A DNA stretch of 64,000 nucleotides from Trichoplax adhaerens (taxonomy: Eukaryota > Animalia > Placozoa). The stretch is from assembly GCF_000150275.1 (NCBI RefSeq), contig NW_002060944.1, forward strand, positions 4,158,123 to 4,222,122, in the 5' to 3' direction. The number at the start of each line of letters is the position of its first letter. Position 1 is the first letter of the stretch. The translations under genes and the position numbers were made by a program. Under the pieces are notes generated by a model. That model made no database searches, was not told the DNA's origin, and was given only the letters and a program-made list of their open reading frames with translations. Of this stretch, positions 38,196 to 50,605 are shown piece by piece.

Positions 38196-41100
38196 ATGAC
38201 TTCCGAAGATGCAAAGAAATATTTACAATCTAAGAAGATTCCTCAGCTATTCGAGGTTCGAACAAAAATCTTCCTGTTAATATGTTAAATACAAGTAAAT
38301 ACCGTACTTCCTACTAATTTCTGTTAAGTTAAGCTAGCAAGTCATAATCGAATAAAATATAACATTATAATATTCGCATCATTTATAAATTTTTATCGTC
38401 CATTTATACCACATAATGAAGATTATAAATATTGGACCTACGTGTGTACTAGTACTTCGTCATACGTACGCTAAATTTCGCTTTGTAATTTCACCCTGCT
38501 TTGCAACCTACTAAAGCTGAAATTATGATCGTAACTATTTCTCTGATCAATATAATAAATGGGCAATTGAATAGTTTAGCAAAGTGAAATGCAGTCTGAG
38601 CTCAAATATTTAAAATTGATAATGCAAGAAACTATAGATCGTCTAGGTTTATTAATGCAATCATTTTTTCTATCAGAATCAAAGTTATTACATTCGCTGT
38701 TCTCATAACTATATCATGTATACTATAATTTCGATTATCGTGACAATTTTCTGAAAATGATGTCTCCTTTTAATCTTTAAGCAATACAAAACAAAGTGTT
38801 TCATAACAATATATGATCCGTACGTATCATTTATGGCAATTTAGTCGCACTTTGTGCCACGGATCCAAATTTTGTTGAACCGCAGTACTAACCAACAGCC
38901 ACATTCTGTACTATTGATATCAATAATAATTTACAAGCACAATTATATTCATTAGTCTACGGATGCTGCATGATTAGTAAGTACAAATGAAGCAAAAAGA
39001 AATATGCATTAGATATAAGGATGATGCATAACAATTTAGCTTGATAGACTTTATACGTATGATATTGAAGTCAATTAAAATACTGAAGCCTTGTAAGCAG
39101 AAAACTTATGACAACGCCTATACTGCATTTTATGTGATGAAAGCATAAACCTTTAAAAAATAGTAGACTCTATAAAAATTAAGCTTTCATAAAGCTTTAT
39201 AACATACATCTCTAACTTGCTAAAAAACTTTCGCAATTTTCAATCTATACATGAAAGTTCTTTATAAATCTATAAATTAAACTTATTATTTAGCTCATGA
39301 ACGGCGAGTCAACTAGCTCTTGAGATATTACATTAATAGATGAGCTTAGTTAGCTTTGAATATTTTTCAAATATCTGATACTATCAATCCATTCATTGAC
39401 TCTATATTAAATTCATACTGATAATCGTCATTGCTTTCCTAACGCGATTAGAGCTTATTAGCTGGGTTGATGTACAATCGTCCAACCAATCATGTTGATT
39501 TTTTATCGGATTGTTTGGAGAAAATAAAAGATGACCGTGAAAAGGACTTACAGTGGAGCTCTTTTCTTAAGCCTTTACCTAATATCGAAAGAGGAAAAGG
39601 CGGAAACCTAAGTGAACCATTTAATGGAAATGATGCTGATCTGATGTTCGAAACTGAAGCACCATATTTAGATATGAAAGGAAAAGAGCCACTACCACCT
39701 ATTTCTAAAAGTTTCCCGAAAACCAAAGATACAACATATATATTTGTTCAGGGTAGGGATTTCTTTGAATCGGTATAGTCGTACATCACTATATTCCTAA
39801 TCATAACCCACAATGCTATATGGTAATTTAGGAGGCCCTGGATCAGGAAAGAGAGAAGTTTGCAAAGGTATTGAAGATCGTTTTGGACTTACGTATCTGT
39901 CAATTGGTGATATCATGCGGGAAGAAGTAGAAAAAAAATCAGAAGCTGGTATCATTATTAAAGAAGCCATGAAGAATGGCTTACTAGTTCCGCAGGTGAT
40001 GGATGATTCAAACATTCGCATGACATAATTTTCTTGTGAACTATATTAATATGTTAAGCAATCATTTTAGTATTCTATGAAATTAAAAATTGTCTCGGTT
40101 GTAGTAAAATGCAGGAAATCAACATTTCATAGCTATTTCATTTCATAAGCTTTAATTGGCATTTAACAACTTCACTAACGGTAGTATGTTTATTTCTTAC
40201 TTTTACATTTTACAGTATGTTGTTATTGAAATTCTTGAAGACGTAATGCTGAAACTATACAATGACCAGGGCTATGTTATTGAAGGATTTCCAAGAGATT
40301 TGAGTCAAGCAAAACAATTTGAGTTGGAAGTAAGGGACTACTATGGATTAAACTAAAATAATGTCATTTTATTAGCTAGCATTTGTCGAGCAATCGGTTC
40401 TGTTCATCTTTTTTAAGGTTGGGGAATGTGCATTCTTAATAGATCTGAAATCAGATCCTGAAAGAATGCAAAGACGCCTTGAAAGGAGAGTGAAATTCAA
40501 TGATAGATTAGACGACTCTGTGGATAATATTAAACGTAAATTGGACCTCTATGATCAATTTACTGTCCCCGTGATCAACTACTATAATTCATTAGGAAAA
40601 GTTAGACAGGTTAGAACTAGTTCTCGGATGACAGTAATGAAATCCAAACTAAATTTTAATCTTTATAGTTGTTATTGCATATTCTGGTAGATATCATTAA
40701 AATAAACAATATTTCGCACTAAAATTTGCGATTAGGTGGACGTCGATCGTGATATCGATGATGTTATCGAAGATATTGCTAATATTGTTATGGCGGAGCC
40801 AACATGTGCAGCGATCGCAGCTACGGCACTCATCAATTCCCTGGATACAAATGTAATGGAAGATTCCCCGCATGAAGCTGCAGTAACTGAAGATAAAATA
40901 TTAAGTGAACCTGATGGCAAACTTTCTCCTGATCTTCAACCTTCCAATTTAAATGGTAATCCAATGTATAATTATAGGATAAGTCGGTAAAAATAGACAA
41001 TACAGTGTCTAATGTCTATGAGTATCGTACCGGGAGATGCTGTTCGTAGGATTTCTTTAGGCAGAGCTTGTACGAGGCAGTACCTCTTTCCTTAAAGTCT

Positions 41101-44100
41101 AATCGATACTAGCATACACACATTTCAATCGTTAATAGTAATCATTTTAAGATAAATTACTCATGATAACTCATATAAGATGCTATTAAATATACATAAT
41201 CTATGTGTATATAATGTAAGGATAACATCATTCGGTGATGAAATAAGATTCATAGATTTGCGGTAAACGATATACGGTGTTGGGTAGCTTCCGATTTTAT
41301 TGCCTAGCCATATTCATATTACTGTACATACGAGCGCATATATATATATATATATATATATGATGTGTATAGAATTTGATTGATATGCTAAAATATAATA
41401 TCTTATAAATTATAGGGCATGACACAACAATGGCATCTGCAGAAGAGATGGTCATTCCGGAACAAAGAGATCTTATTGGTGGCGATACCGGACGATCGCT
41501 AGACGTTAGTATTTTAGTATTTCCATTCTTAAGTAGAGTATCATGGAATACCTATGCCCTATAGAATTAAATAATAATCTCATTTATGGCGGCATTTTGT
41601 TATTCTTCTAAGAAATTAATGATCCCTAAATTATATGATATGTCTGTACAGGAGATAATGGCAGAAGGGGCAGAACCCAAGATCGAACCGTCCGCACCAG
41701 AAGAGACTACTTTGGTGGCTAATTCCGTAACTGGAGATAACATGGAGACTTCACAAGTTCGTTTATGAGAATATTCTTACCGCTATTTGAATCTCGCCGT
41801 AAATTTTAAATTCTTAAATTATGCCTTGGTAGTACAATATAGAATAAATTTACAGCACAAATATTCAATATTTCATCATCCGCGTATTGCGGATGTTTAT
41901 GTTTTACATTTATGCGATACAGTGTTTATCTGAATATGTACTGCTATGCTTACAGTATGTTAATTATATCTAGTACTACCGATATACTTTAAAATGCAGG
42001 ATATAATATCAATCAAATTAGGGATTATCATGCTCATAAATAGAATAAGCCCATTTCATCTTGAATGATAAACACAAATCTAGATCCAATATACTGTATA
42101 TTATTATTATTTAACAACCAACAATATTGGCATGGATTCACTATACACTGTATTGTAAAAATGACTGTAGGAAGAAGCAAAAGAAATGATATCGAATGAA
42201 GTCATGGAAGAAGAAATTGTTGCTGCAGAATCCAACGTACAAGGTGGTGAGGGCCGTCCATTAGAGGTACAGTACCGAAGCTTTCATACACGCTTGCAGT
42301 ATAAAGTGTACAAATATGAGTATACAGTATGTTATACGTCCGTAAAGTTTTTCACGACATACAGTATGTAGTCTACTGTAGACGTAGACTAGGAGTGCAT
42401 CAATGACATAGTAAGTAGTTACAGCAGCTCAAGCACAGTTAGATTTCAATCTGTACCCGATACAGTAGTAACTAACTTGAATAGCAAGCGGACTACGAAT
42501 GGAGTTTACTGATTACTGTAGTCTACCCTCAGGCATACAGCTAGAGCATAAGATTTCAGTAATGCATGAGAATTGAACATCAAGAATGACATTAGCACGT
42601 AATCTCGCATATAGCTGGCAGTATGGCATACTAATGCCATTGCCTTTGCCATTGCCCTATGCCATTGCCCTATGCCATTGCCCTATGCCATTGCCCGATG
42701 CCGTTGCCCGATGCCATTGCCCGATGCCGTTGCCCTAAGCCATTGCCCTATGCCATTGCCCTATGCCATTGCCCGATGTCATTGCCCGATGCCGTTGCCC
42801 TAAGCCATTGCCCGATGCCATTGCTATTGTCTCGGTCCTACTGTATACCATTGTCGACACAACACTGGTCTAGACAATACAATAAAATCAAATCAAATCA
42901 ATAATAATAAATAAGATATTTCGGAGCTGACATCCTACTGGAATACGAATTTGTAAATTTAGGAAGTGGTCGCAGAACAAGAAGCGAATGAGCAAACTTC
43001 GATGGAAAGAGAAAAGGAAATATTAGAATCTGCTAAAATCATCTTTATCATAGGTAAGAGGGTAGCGTGTAGTCTTGTAGTTTATATTGTGCAGTGTGCA
43101 CTTCAGAAATACAATTTTTTTATTGCATACTGTACAAACTCGTATAGGGACTAGTTGTAGTATAGTACATCAGTACAGTATTTACTAAACTTTTTTTGTT
43201 ATGCTGGACGATTTTGGAGATCACATTTAAGCTTCATGATCATTAGACCACAATAATACGTCATCAATAATGGAATGTTTGCTTCTTACTGTTGCCTGCT
43301 AGTCATGTAGCTTCTAATGCCGTATTATTTGAAAGTTTTTGGACTTGCGATAGAAATTTATAGCAAACAAAACCGTTTTATTTCCTTCGATTTAAAAAGG
43401 TGGTCCTGCCAGTGGTAAACGGACTCAAGCCACTCGTATTGTAGAGAAGTATGGTTACACTCATCTTTCGTACGGAGATCTGTTAAGAGCTGAGATAGAG
43501 CAACAATCCGAACGTGGTAGACTTTTGAAACAAAGTGCCGAACAAGGGCAATCTGCTTCTGATGTAGGTCATCTTTTTTTCCCCATTTTTATTGGATTAG
43601 TACATTAGTTGACGCCCAAACTGAGTAATTATTCCTTTATAACTCTGCTTTTCTATACAGGATATTATGGTAGATGTAATGCGAGATATAATATTGCAAA
43701 ATCAGAATCCCAACGGTTACTTAATTTCTGGTTTCCCGTCACGATTGAGCCAGAGTGCAAAGTTTGAATCTGACATAGCTAGCTGCCAGATCGTGTTTTA
43801 TCTCGATTGCTCAGATGATACTATGATTGAGCGACTAGCTAGCAGTAACGACGCAAACGATGAGGCCTTAAAGATTAGGCTAGGGACGTTCCGTGATTCC
43901 ATTGAAGCTGTAACCGATTACTATCAGGATAAAGAAGTGCTAAACAAGGTATAACATGTGAACTGACTTACCCACATTTTAGTGAAAAAGTAATTGTTTT
44001 ATTAATCCCTTATACGTGGGTCAATGAAAATGTTTCAGTAGATATGATTGAAATTAGCGAGTTAGTTTTTATGTGCATCATTTATAAAGCCGTCGATGCT

Positions 44101-45305
44101 GTAACTATTCCTAATACTACCTCGTAGATATCTGCTGAAGGTTCCCCTGATGAAGTTTTTACTGAAATCTGTAATTCGCTAAATGCTGAACCTGTTAAAG
44201 AGGTAGAAGAGACTAAAGAGACACAGGAAGATGTCTGGAAGCCTAATAATGTCATCTTTGTTATTGGTAACTTGTATTTACCTTAAATTTATATTTTAGT
44301 TACTTTTCTTAAAGTTATATAAATCAGCGATGACTTCTAGTCATTACTTTCTTTAATTAATCATACCTCTTCGTACTTATATATATATACTGATATGATA
44401 TAGGTGGACCTGGATGCGGTAAAGGGACACAATGCAAGAATATTGTAGAAAAATATGGATTTGCTCATCTTTCTATAGGTGATTTGTTACGTGCTGAAGT
44501 CAAGAGTGGTTCTAAACGAGGAGAGCAATTAACTCAACTAATGGAAAAGGGAGAACTTGTATCAGATGTAATGCTAATACCAAAAACACTTTCTAATCAA
44601 ACCATTGTTATCTACTTTACTATTATCGCACTAGCAATTTTAGCGTACCGTATAACTATTAAGGCCTTCCAGTACTTTTACTCTCACAATTACATAGTGG
44701 TGTTATACAGCTGATAGATAATGTCAGGAATTTGATTTACATATAATTCTTCAATTCTTTTTGACAAGTGCAAATTTTTGTAAATTTTATAGGATATTGT
44801 ACTGGAATTGCTACGTGACGCGATATTTTCAATAAAGAACGAAAATGGTTACATAATTGATGGATACCCTAGGCAACTTAGTCAGGGAATTCAATTTGAT
44901 TCCGATGTAACAGAGTGCCGAGCTATGCTTTATTTCGAATGCTCTGATGATACCATGATTTCGAGATTGTTAGAAAGAGCTAAAACATCTGGTCGCGTAG
45001 ATGATAACGAGGAAACCATCAAATTACGACTAAAAACTTTTCATGAGTTGACACAGCCAGCCGTAGAACATTATCGTGATAGTGGAAAATTGATGACTGT
45101 AAGTGCAGTAGGTTGAATACTCTTTTTCATATACGCGCACGATATGTATGTACTGTGTAGGCACATCGTTTACATTATAACAGTAAAGATTAAATTCTTA
45201 ACTGGATTTAAATTTGTTTACTTCTTGTGGGTTAAGGTTTCCGCTGAGGGAACTCCGGATGAAGTGTTTGTGGAAGTTTGCCAAGCTTTCGATAATCATC
45301 TGTGA
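38196..45305 (+). CDS. AK5: Adenylate kinase 5-like: N-terminal RIIa/Dpy-30-type domain plus three AK domains; exons 38196-38255, 39452-39752, 39832-39995, 40216-40329, 40418-40609, 40736-40955, 41416-41504, 41652-41756, 42171-42266, 42963-43053, 43400-43563, 43661-43948, 44128-44266, 44404-44567, 44793-45098, 45237-45305; ~853 aa
   Basis: The N-terminus [20 protein letters not shown]|[11 protein letters not shown] matches the AK5 N-terminus. The three P-loops are [18 protein letters not shown] and GGPGCGKGT. All exon phases are consistent (2562 nt). Inclusion of the linker exons is inferred. Confidence 0.85.
41338..41361. repeat. (TA)n microsatellite
   Basis: About 11 TA units in an AK5-like intron. 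Confidence 0.9.
42636..42823. repeat. 13-bp minisatellite GCC(A/G)TTGCCC(T/G)A(T/A), ~14 copies, intronic
   Basis: Read directly; it accounts for the spurious ORF 42659-42904. Confidence 0.95.
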
Positions 45306-46775
45306 GGGTACTCTTTCGAAAGGACTAATTGATGATACTCGTAGCAGCCAAAGACGATGTACTATGTATGATTATACGAATTCAATTACGAGCACATCAT
45401 TAGTTGTTGATGAATTGATCATTTGATTCTTTTTGAAAGTAGACATTTTTTGTAAATATACATGCTATTACAAGATAATATGTATGTTTATACAGTACAC
45501 TGTATAAGTTATTTGATATAATTACAGTACCCCGAATATGTTCTTTTTCGGTATTGGTAATGCTAAGTGGGAAAGTTCATTTTTTGCCATGAATTACGTC
45601 AATGTATTGGCCTGCATTTTTTCGTAGGCATATTCTACATCACTAGTAAATTTGTTTTCCATTCATGATTTAATTTTCTGTCGATCTGTCATAGGTACCA
45701 GCATAGTCTTTAACCATTTCAGTAATATCTAATGCTATTGTAGCTATTATCACCTTATTAGTAGTTCTATACGCGAATTCGTTGCGTAGATTTAGCAGGG
45801 TATATAACTATAGTATTATACGATTAAATATTATCGGGTTACGATCTTATGAAGAAGAAAATCTGAGTTAATTGAAGATAAAGTTTTCTTAGATGGTGAT
45901 TTTACAAATGCTAAATAATCATGAATTACTTTACACATGAATCTTTACATACGATCGACTAGTTGTGTTTTAATGGTCATTGTATTTGCATGTATGAAAC
46001 TAGGGCAATATTCATTAGTACATCAAACCTCCAAGTCTATATAGATTGGAACTTAACATTTTATCTCAATTTTTAAGGAAACATTTAATATGTGATCTCC
46101 TCTACAATATTACTTTTATCTGTATTTTGTAATAAAAATATGGTACGCGTAAATACCTCATCGATGGTTGATTATAATTACATATTAAGTGCTTGTATAG
46201 AGTAAGCCTTGTTAATTCATTAGAATGATCATTTTTAAGATTGTACATAATTATGGCAATTTGCGTAGTAAGACGGTAGTAAAAAGTCTTGGCGCACTTT
46301 ATTTCTTCTAGTCGAAGCAGTGCAGCAGTGTATGCCAGTCCCTATTTAAGTTGTTTAGCGATTTTAGTACAAGCAGCAGCATTCAGGTTCAGCACGATAC
46401 AAATTCTCATAACCGGTTATCCTTTTAATCATTTACGACTTTTTTTGACAGTTTTAAGATAGCACTGATCCAATACACCATATGATGTGCCGTCCATGTC
46501 AATCGATCTAGTACTTGAAGTTGCAGTACTAAATCAATGAATCCTACACATTATGATATAGTCCCACTGTATAGTGGGCGAAATCAATTTTTTATTTTTT
46601 TATTTACGAGACGTCTGATCGTGTCTGGGAAAAGGGGAAAAGTCTGTAAATGCTCATTCACAGTCATGCATCTGCATACAATAACCTTTACAATATTAAT
46701 ACTATAATTCATGAAGTCCACTGAAGAAGTAGAGTACTCAATACTGTATAGTACTGTACATAGTATTCCTAGACG

Positions 46776-47026
46776 AAAATTGAGTATTTTTTTCAATATT
46801 TCTCAAGCATAAGCTACAAAAAAGATATCATTCTATAGCCTATTAAATTGCGTAATTCAATATTTTATCGGGCGTTTTTTAGTTATCCTTGTCCAAAATG
46901 GAAAATTGAGTATTTGCTTTAATATTTCTCGAGCATAAGCTACCTAAAAGATATCATTTTATAGCACATTAAATTGTGTAATTCATTATTTTATCGGGTG
47001 TTTTTTAGTTATCCTTGTCCAAAATC
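46776..47026. repeat. 125-bp tandem duplication (2 copies, ~90% identical by eye)
   Basis: GAAAATTGAGTATTT...GCATAAGCTAC...AGTTATCCTTGTCCAAAAT starts at 46776 and again at 46901. Confidence 0.92.
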
Positions 47027-47358
47027 GAACACTAGTTAGTGTCATTGAAAGTTAATGTTTACTTGGAGGGCAGTATTATTCTACTTAAAAATGGCCAAAT
47101 TTCATACACGTTAACCTTTTTTTTCGGTCTGTGCTATCCAAGAATAGGATTAATTTCCCAATTTTATGTTATAAAGGTATTTAGTACGCGTATAATGCAT
47201 CAGTATAATAGTTTACTTTCAACGAAGTAGTTTAATTTATGAAAAAATAGAGAGAACTTTCAATATCTGTATGACCAAAGGGGTACCGTGGTGGTACATC
47301 GAATGGGGGGATATCTGACTATGAAGCAGTAGCAACACGCAGTGTACTGTTCTTCCGG

Positions 47359-47456
47359 GGTATACTTATTGACGCATCGATCACGAGCGCACCGTCATAT
47401 TGAATTCTATAATTACTACTCGATCGATCGTAATCTATGCGTCAATAAGTATCACC
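47359..47456. mobile_element. Short MITE-like / hairpin element with ~30-bp imperfect terminal inverted repeats
   Basis: ATACTTATTGACGCAT (47362-47377) is the exact reverse complement of ATGCGTCAATAAGTAT (47437-47452). Pairing extends inward with 3 mismatches. No clear target-site duplication. Confidence 0.5.
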
Positions 47457-47702
47457 AAAAAAACAAACAACATCAGTGCATCACCACAAGGATAAGAGCC
47501 GCCCCAAAGTAGAGATTGTCCCGTTTAGGGCGCTGACCAGTCACCAGGTAATTGTACTTCCAGTACAGTACAATTACCTACAGTACGACAGTGCATCGTA
47601 CTGTATGAAGGTGGAACACACTCTTTACTGTACTGTACTGTACAGTACGTCAAAATAGGGTCCAGCGGTCTACAGTAAAGTTTTTCTGAATCAGCGCGGA
47701 CT

Positions 47703-48094
47703 TGTGCAGTCGCAATGCAGTCCCAATGCAGTCCCAATGCAGTCCCAATGCAGTCCCAATGCAGTCCCAATGCAGTCCCAATGCAGTCCCAATGCAGTCC
47801 CAATGCAGTCCCAATGCAGTCCCAATGCAGTCCCAATGCAGTCCCAATGCAGTCTCAATGCAGTCCCAATGCAGTCCCAATGCAGTCCCAATGCAGTCCC
47901 AATGCAGTCTCAATGCAGTCCCAATGCAGTCCCAATGCAGTCCCAATGCAGTCTCAATGCAGTCTCAATGCAGTCTCAATGCGGTCTCAAATTCTCAATA
48001 CAGTCTCAATGCAGTCCCAATGCAGTCTCAATGCAGTCCCAATGCAGTCCCAACACAGTACCAGTACAGTACCAGTACAGTACCAGTACGATAC
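47703..48094. repeat. 11-bp minisatellite CAATGCAGTC(C/T), ~31 copies, grading into CAGTACAGTAC units
   Basis: Read directly; it accounts for the stack of repetitive ORFs on both strands. Confidence 0.97.
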
Positions 48095-50605
48095 GGTACC
48101 GCATGTTGCAAAGTGATCCAACGTGATTCGGTAAATAAATAACCGTAAACAAATATATTATTGTAGTTGCCTTGTAAGAATTTATAGGCGTTGAACTATT
48201 TCCTGCTCTGAGAAGTCCATTTTCCTTGACTACGTAATAACTAATTTGCATGACTGAAGAAATCATGACTTATTACGTTATTACGCTTTTCACAGTCCAC
48301 TTTATATCAATGAAGATAAAGAAAAATGAATATTAGCTATGATTGGCTAGCTGTTAGTTATTAGAATTAATATATTCATATCGCATTAAGCGCTATTGTT
48401 GATATTGTATTTGTTTGCGACACAAGTTTAATGGTGCTATAAAATACATTCTGAATTAGTTGGAGGGTTAAAAATAAAGCCTATACAACTAGACTATACA
48501 TGCTATTGGGCATAATAATATGATGTAGACACTGGCTCCATCTGATATTTCATCTCATATCATTCTACTGTACGGTACAGAACAACATTTTAATTGAGAA
48601 AATAACCCCAAGATATTGACGTGAACAAATTGACTCTTCAATTAAATTAGAATAAATTGTTAAATCGCATTTTTCTAGCCAGGATTAAGAAAATACAAAT
48701 CTACCAGCTGTTGTTGTTTTGGATATGTACTAATTTTCCTGCAAAGAAAATCATTTTTATCGGAGCAAGTTTTTGATTGCCGATGATTTCATCACCAAGT
48801 GCTGTATCAGGCCCGTTCTATGTGTTAATAGTGATCTCATAGGGAGGTAATCTGAATTAGCTTTTGGAAGGCATAAAGTGAACCCTACGGTAAGTCTTTT
48901 AATTTAATAAACGATTCCATCATTGCAAGCAATTTTTAGATATAGAAAAGGATACTAAATGCTATCGTACTTTCCACCATTGCAATCGACAAGCGATATG
49001 TACATTGCAGTAAATAGAAACTTCTCTGAAAGTACTAATAAAAGTACTAATAAGTAATACCTAGAGCGTGCTTCCGTAACCAATAAACCAACCACACTTT
49101 TTTTGTTTGACGTATTTTAATTTGTAATTTAGTGCTTGACAAGTATATAATTCGATTGAAATCTAGCGCTAAAAATTCATTAAAACACCACTAAAATAAA
49201 ACTATGAATAAAATCAATGCCTGCTAGATAGTATTATCTACTATTAATCCTTTTATATCGTCTTCCAAAATTGTACCGTAACTATATTGAAATAATAAAT
49301 AAAATGGCTATTCTATATCATCTTTTTTAACGTAATCAATTACGTAGTTTATAGCTAAAAATGAGAATTGACTACTTTGACTTAACAGGTGAAGATTTGC
49401 CGTGATAAATCAGTCTGTCTTACTGTATGCTTGTACATCCCAAATAGTTATTTTTAAAAAGTACAGATTCAGTTTGTAAGTAAACGATCGTGACAATTAA
49501 CCAAAGTCATCGCTGTATTAAGCCAGTTCATGAATTATATATCTTCGTGACTTACAATTGACTCTAGTAGTTACACCGCGTAAACATTAGTTTCCGTATT
49601 GTGATACGGTCCTGACTACTATCCCTGGAATTACGCATGATAAAAAAAAAAACACTGCAATGGGCTTTATTAGCAAATCGAGATTTATCGTATTTTGATT
49701 ACAATAAGAGTTTTATAATTGCTCATAAAATCATGTAGAAGTAATTTTAAAGGTTTAATTACCGTTGCACAGTAGATAGAACGATGTATTACAAAGATAG
49801 AATAACTTTTTCAACTTGACTTGGTGACATACTACATTGACTATAAATTTCAACAACCGATTAATAACTTGTCTTGAGTTACAACGTTGTACTGAAAACA
49901 GTGAGTTTTTACTGAGCTGAATTCGATGCTAAAGGGGCCAAAAAAATTTTACTAATATATATATACTCCTACCGATAAACTTCGTATAGAATTAAAGAAA
50001 CCTAGTTTGCCTTGTATAGAAAACAAATAAAAAAACTTGCACTATAGTTAAGATCGTGTATTCGTTGGTAAATTTCCCTCCCTGACAATATCTGCGCTCC
50101 TTGAACTAATAATTCGCCCCTAATCTTTTCTACCTTATAATGATTTTTAAAAGAGTCGTATAAGGTTTACGAGTATGTTGACGGTCCCTTAATAAACGTA
50201 AAGTTATGGCTACCTTATATTTCTGTTTCCTAAAAGCTATATTTTTTGTCCTGTTTTGATATAGATGGCTGCTACCTAATGGTATTACTGACAATGGTGT
50301 TATTTCGTTAATTACGTCAAGAATTTAGCGTTGCACATTCCCGATTATTTTAACTTAATTACACAACAAATTCTTTTCTCCTTAAATTTTCGTCGAACTC
50401 AAGTCTAATTGCAAGTGTTAACGATATTAAACGGCACAGGTGTTGGAGTTTAATTTTATTTTAAGGCGAAAAAATTCCGTTACCGCTTGATCTAAACTAG
50501 AACGATATCTGTTCTACACCAGTCGTTAGCATATCGACAACGGTGAAATCGTACTGTATCTTTTCAATTCGATATAATATATAATTTGTGAACAAATTAC
50601 AAAAT

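Noticed and set aside
42659-42904. Cys/Pro-rich ORF resembling a metallothionein
   Set aside because: It is the translation of the intronic 13-bp minisatellite.
47525-48266. Stack of repetitive ORFs (MQSQCSPNAVP / LGLHWDCIGTA)
   Set aside because: These are translations of an 11-bp minisatellite that lacks stops, with no splice or context support.
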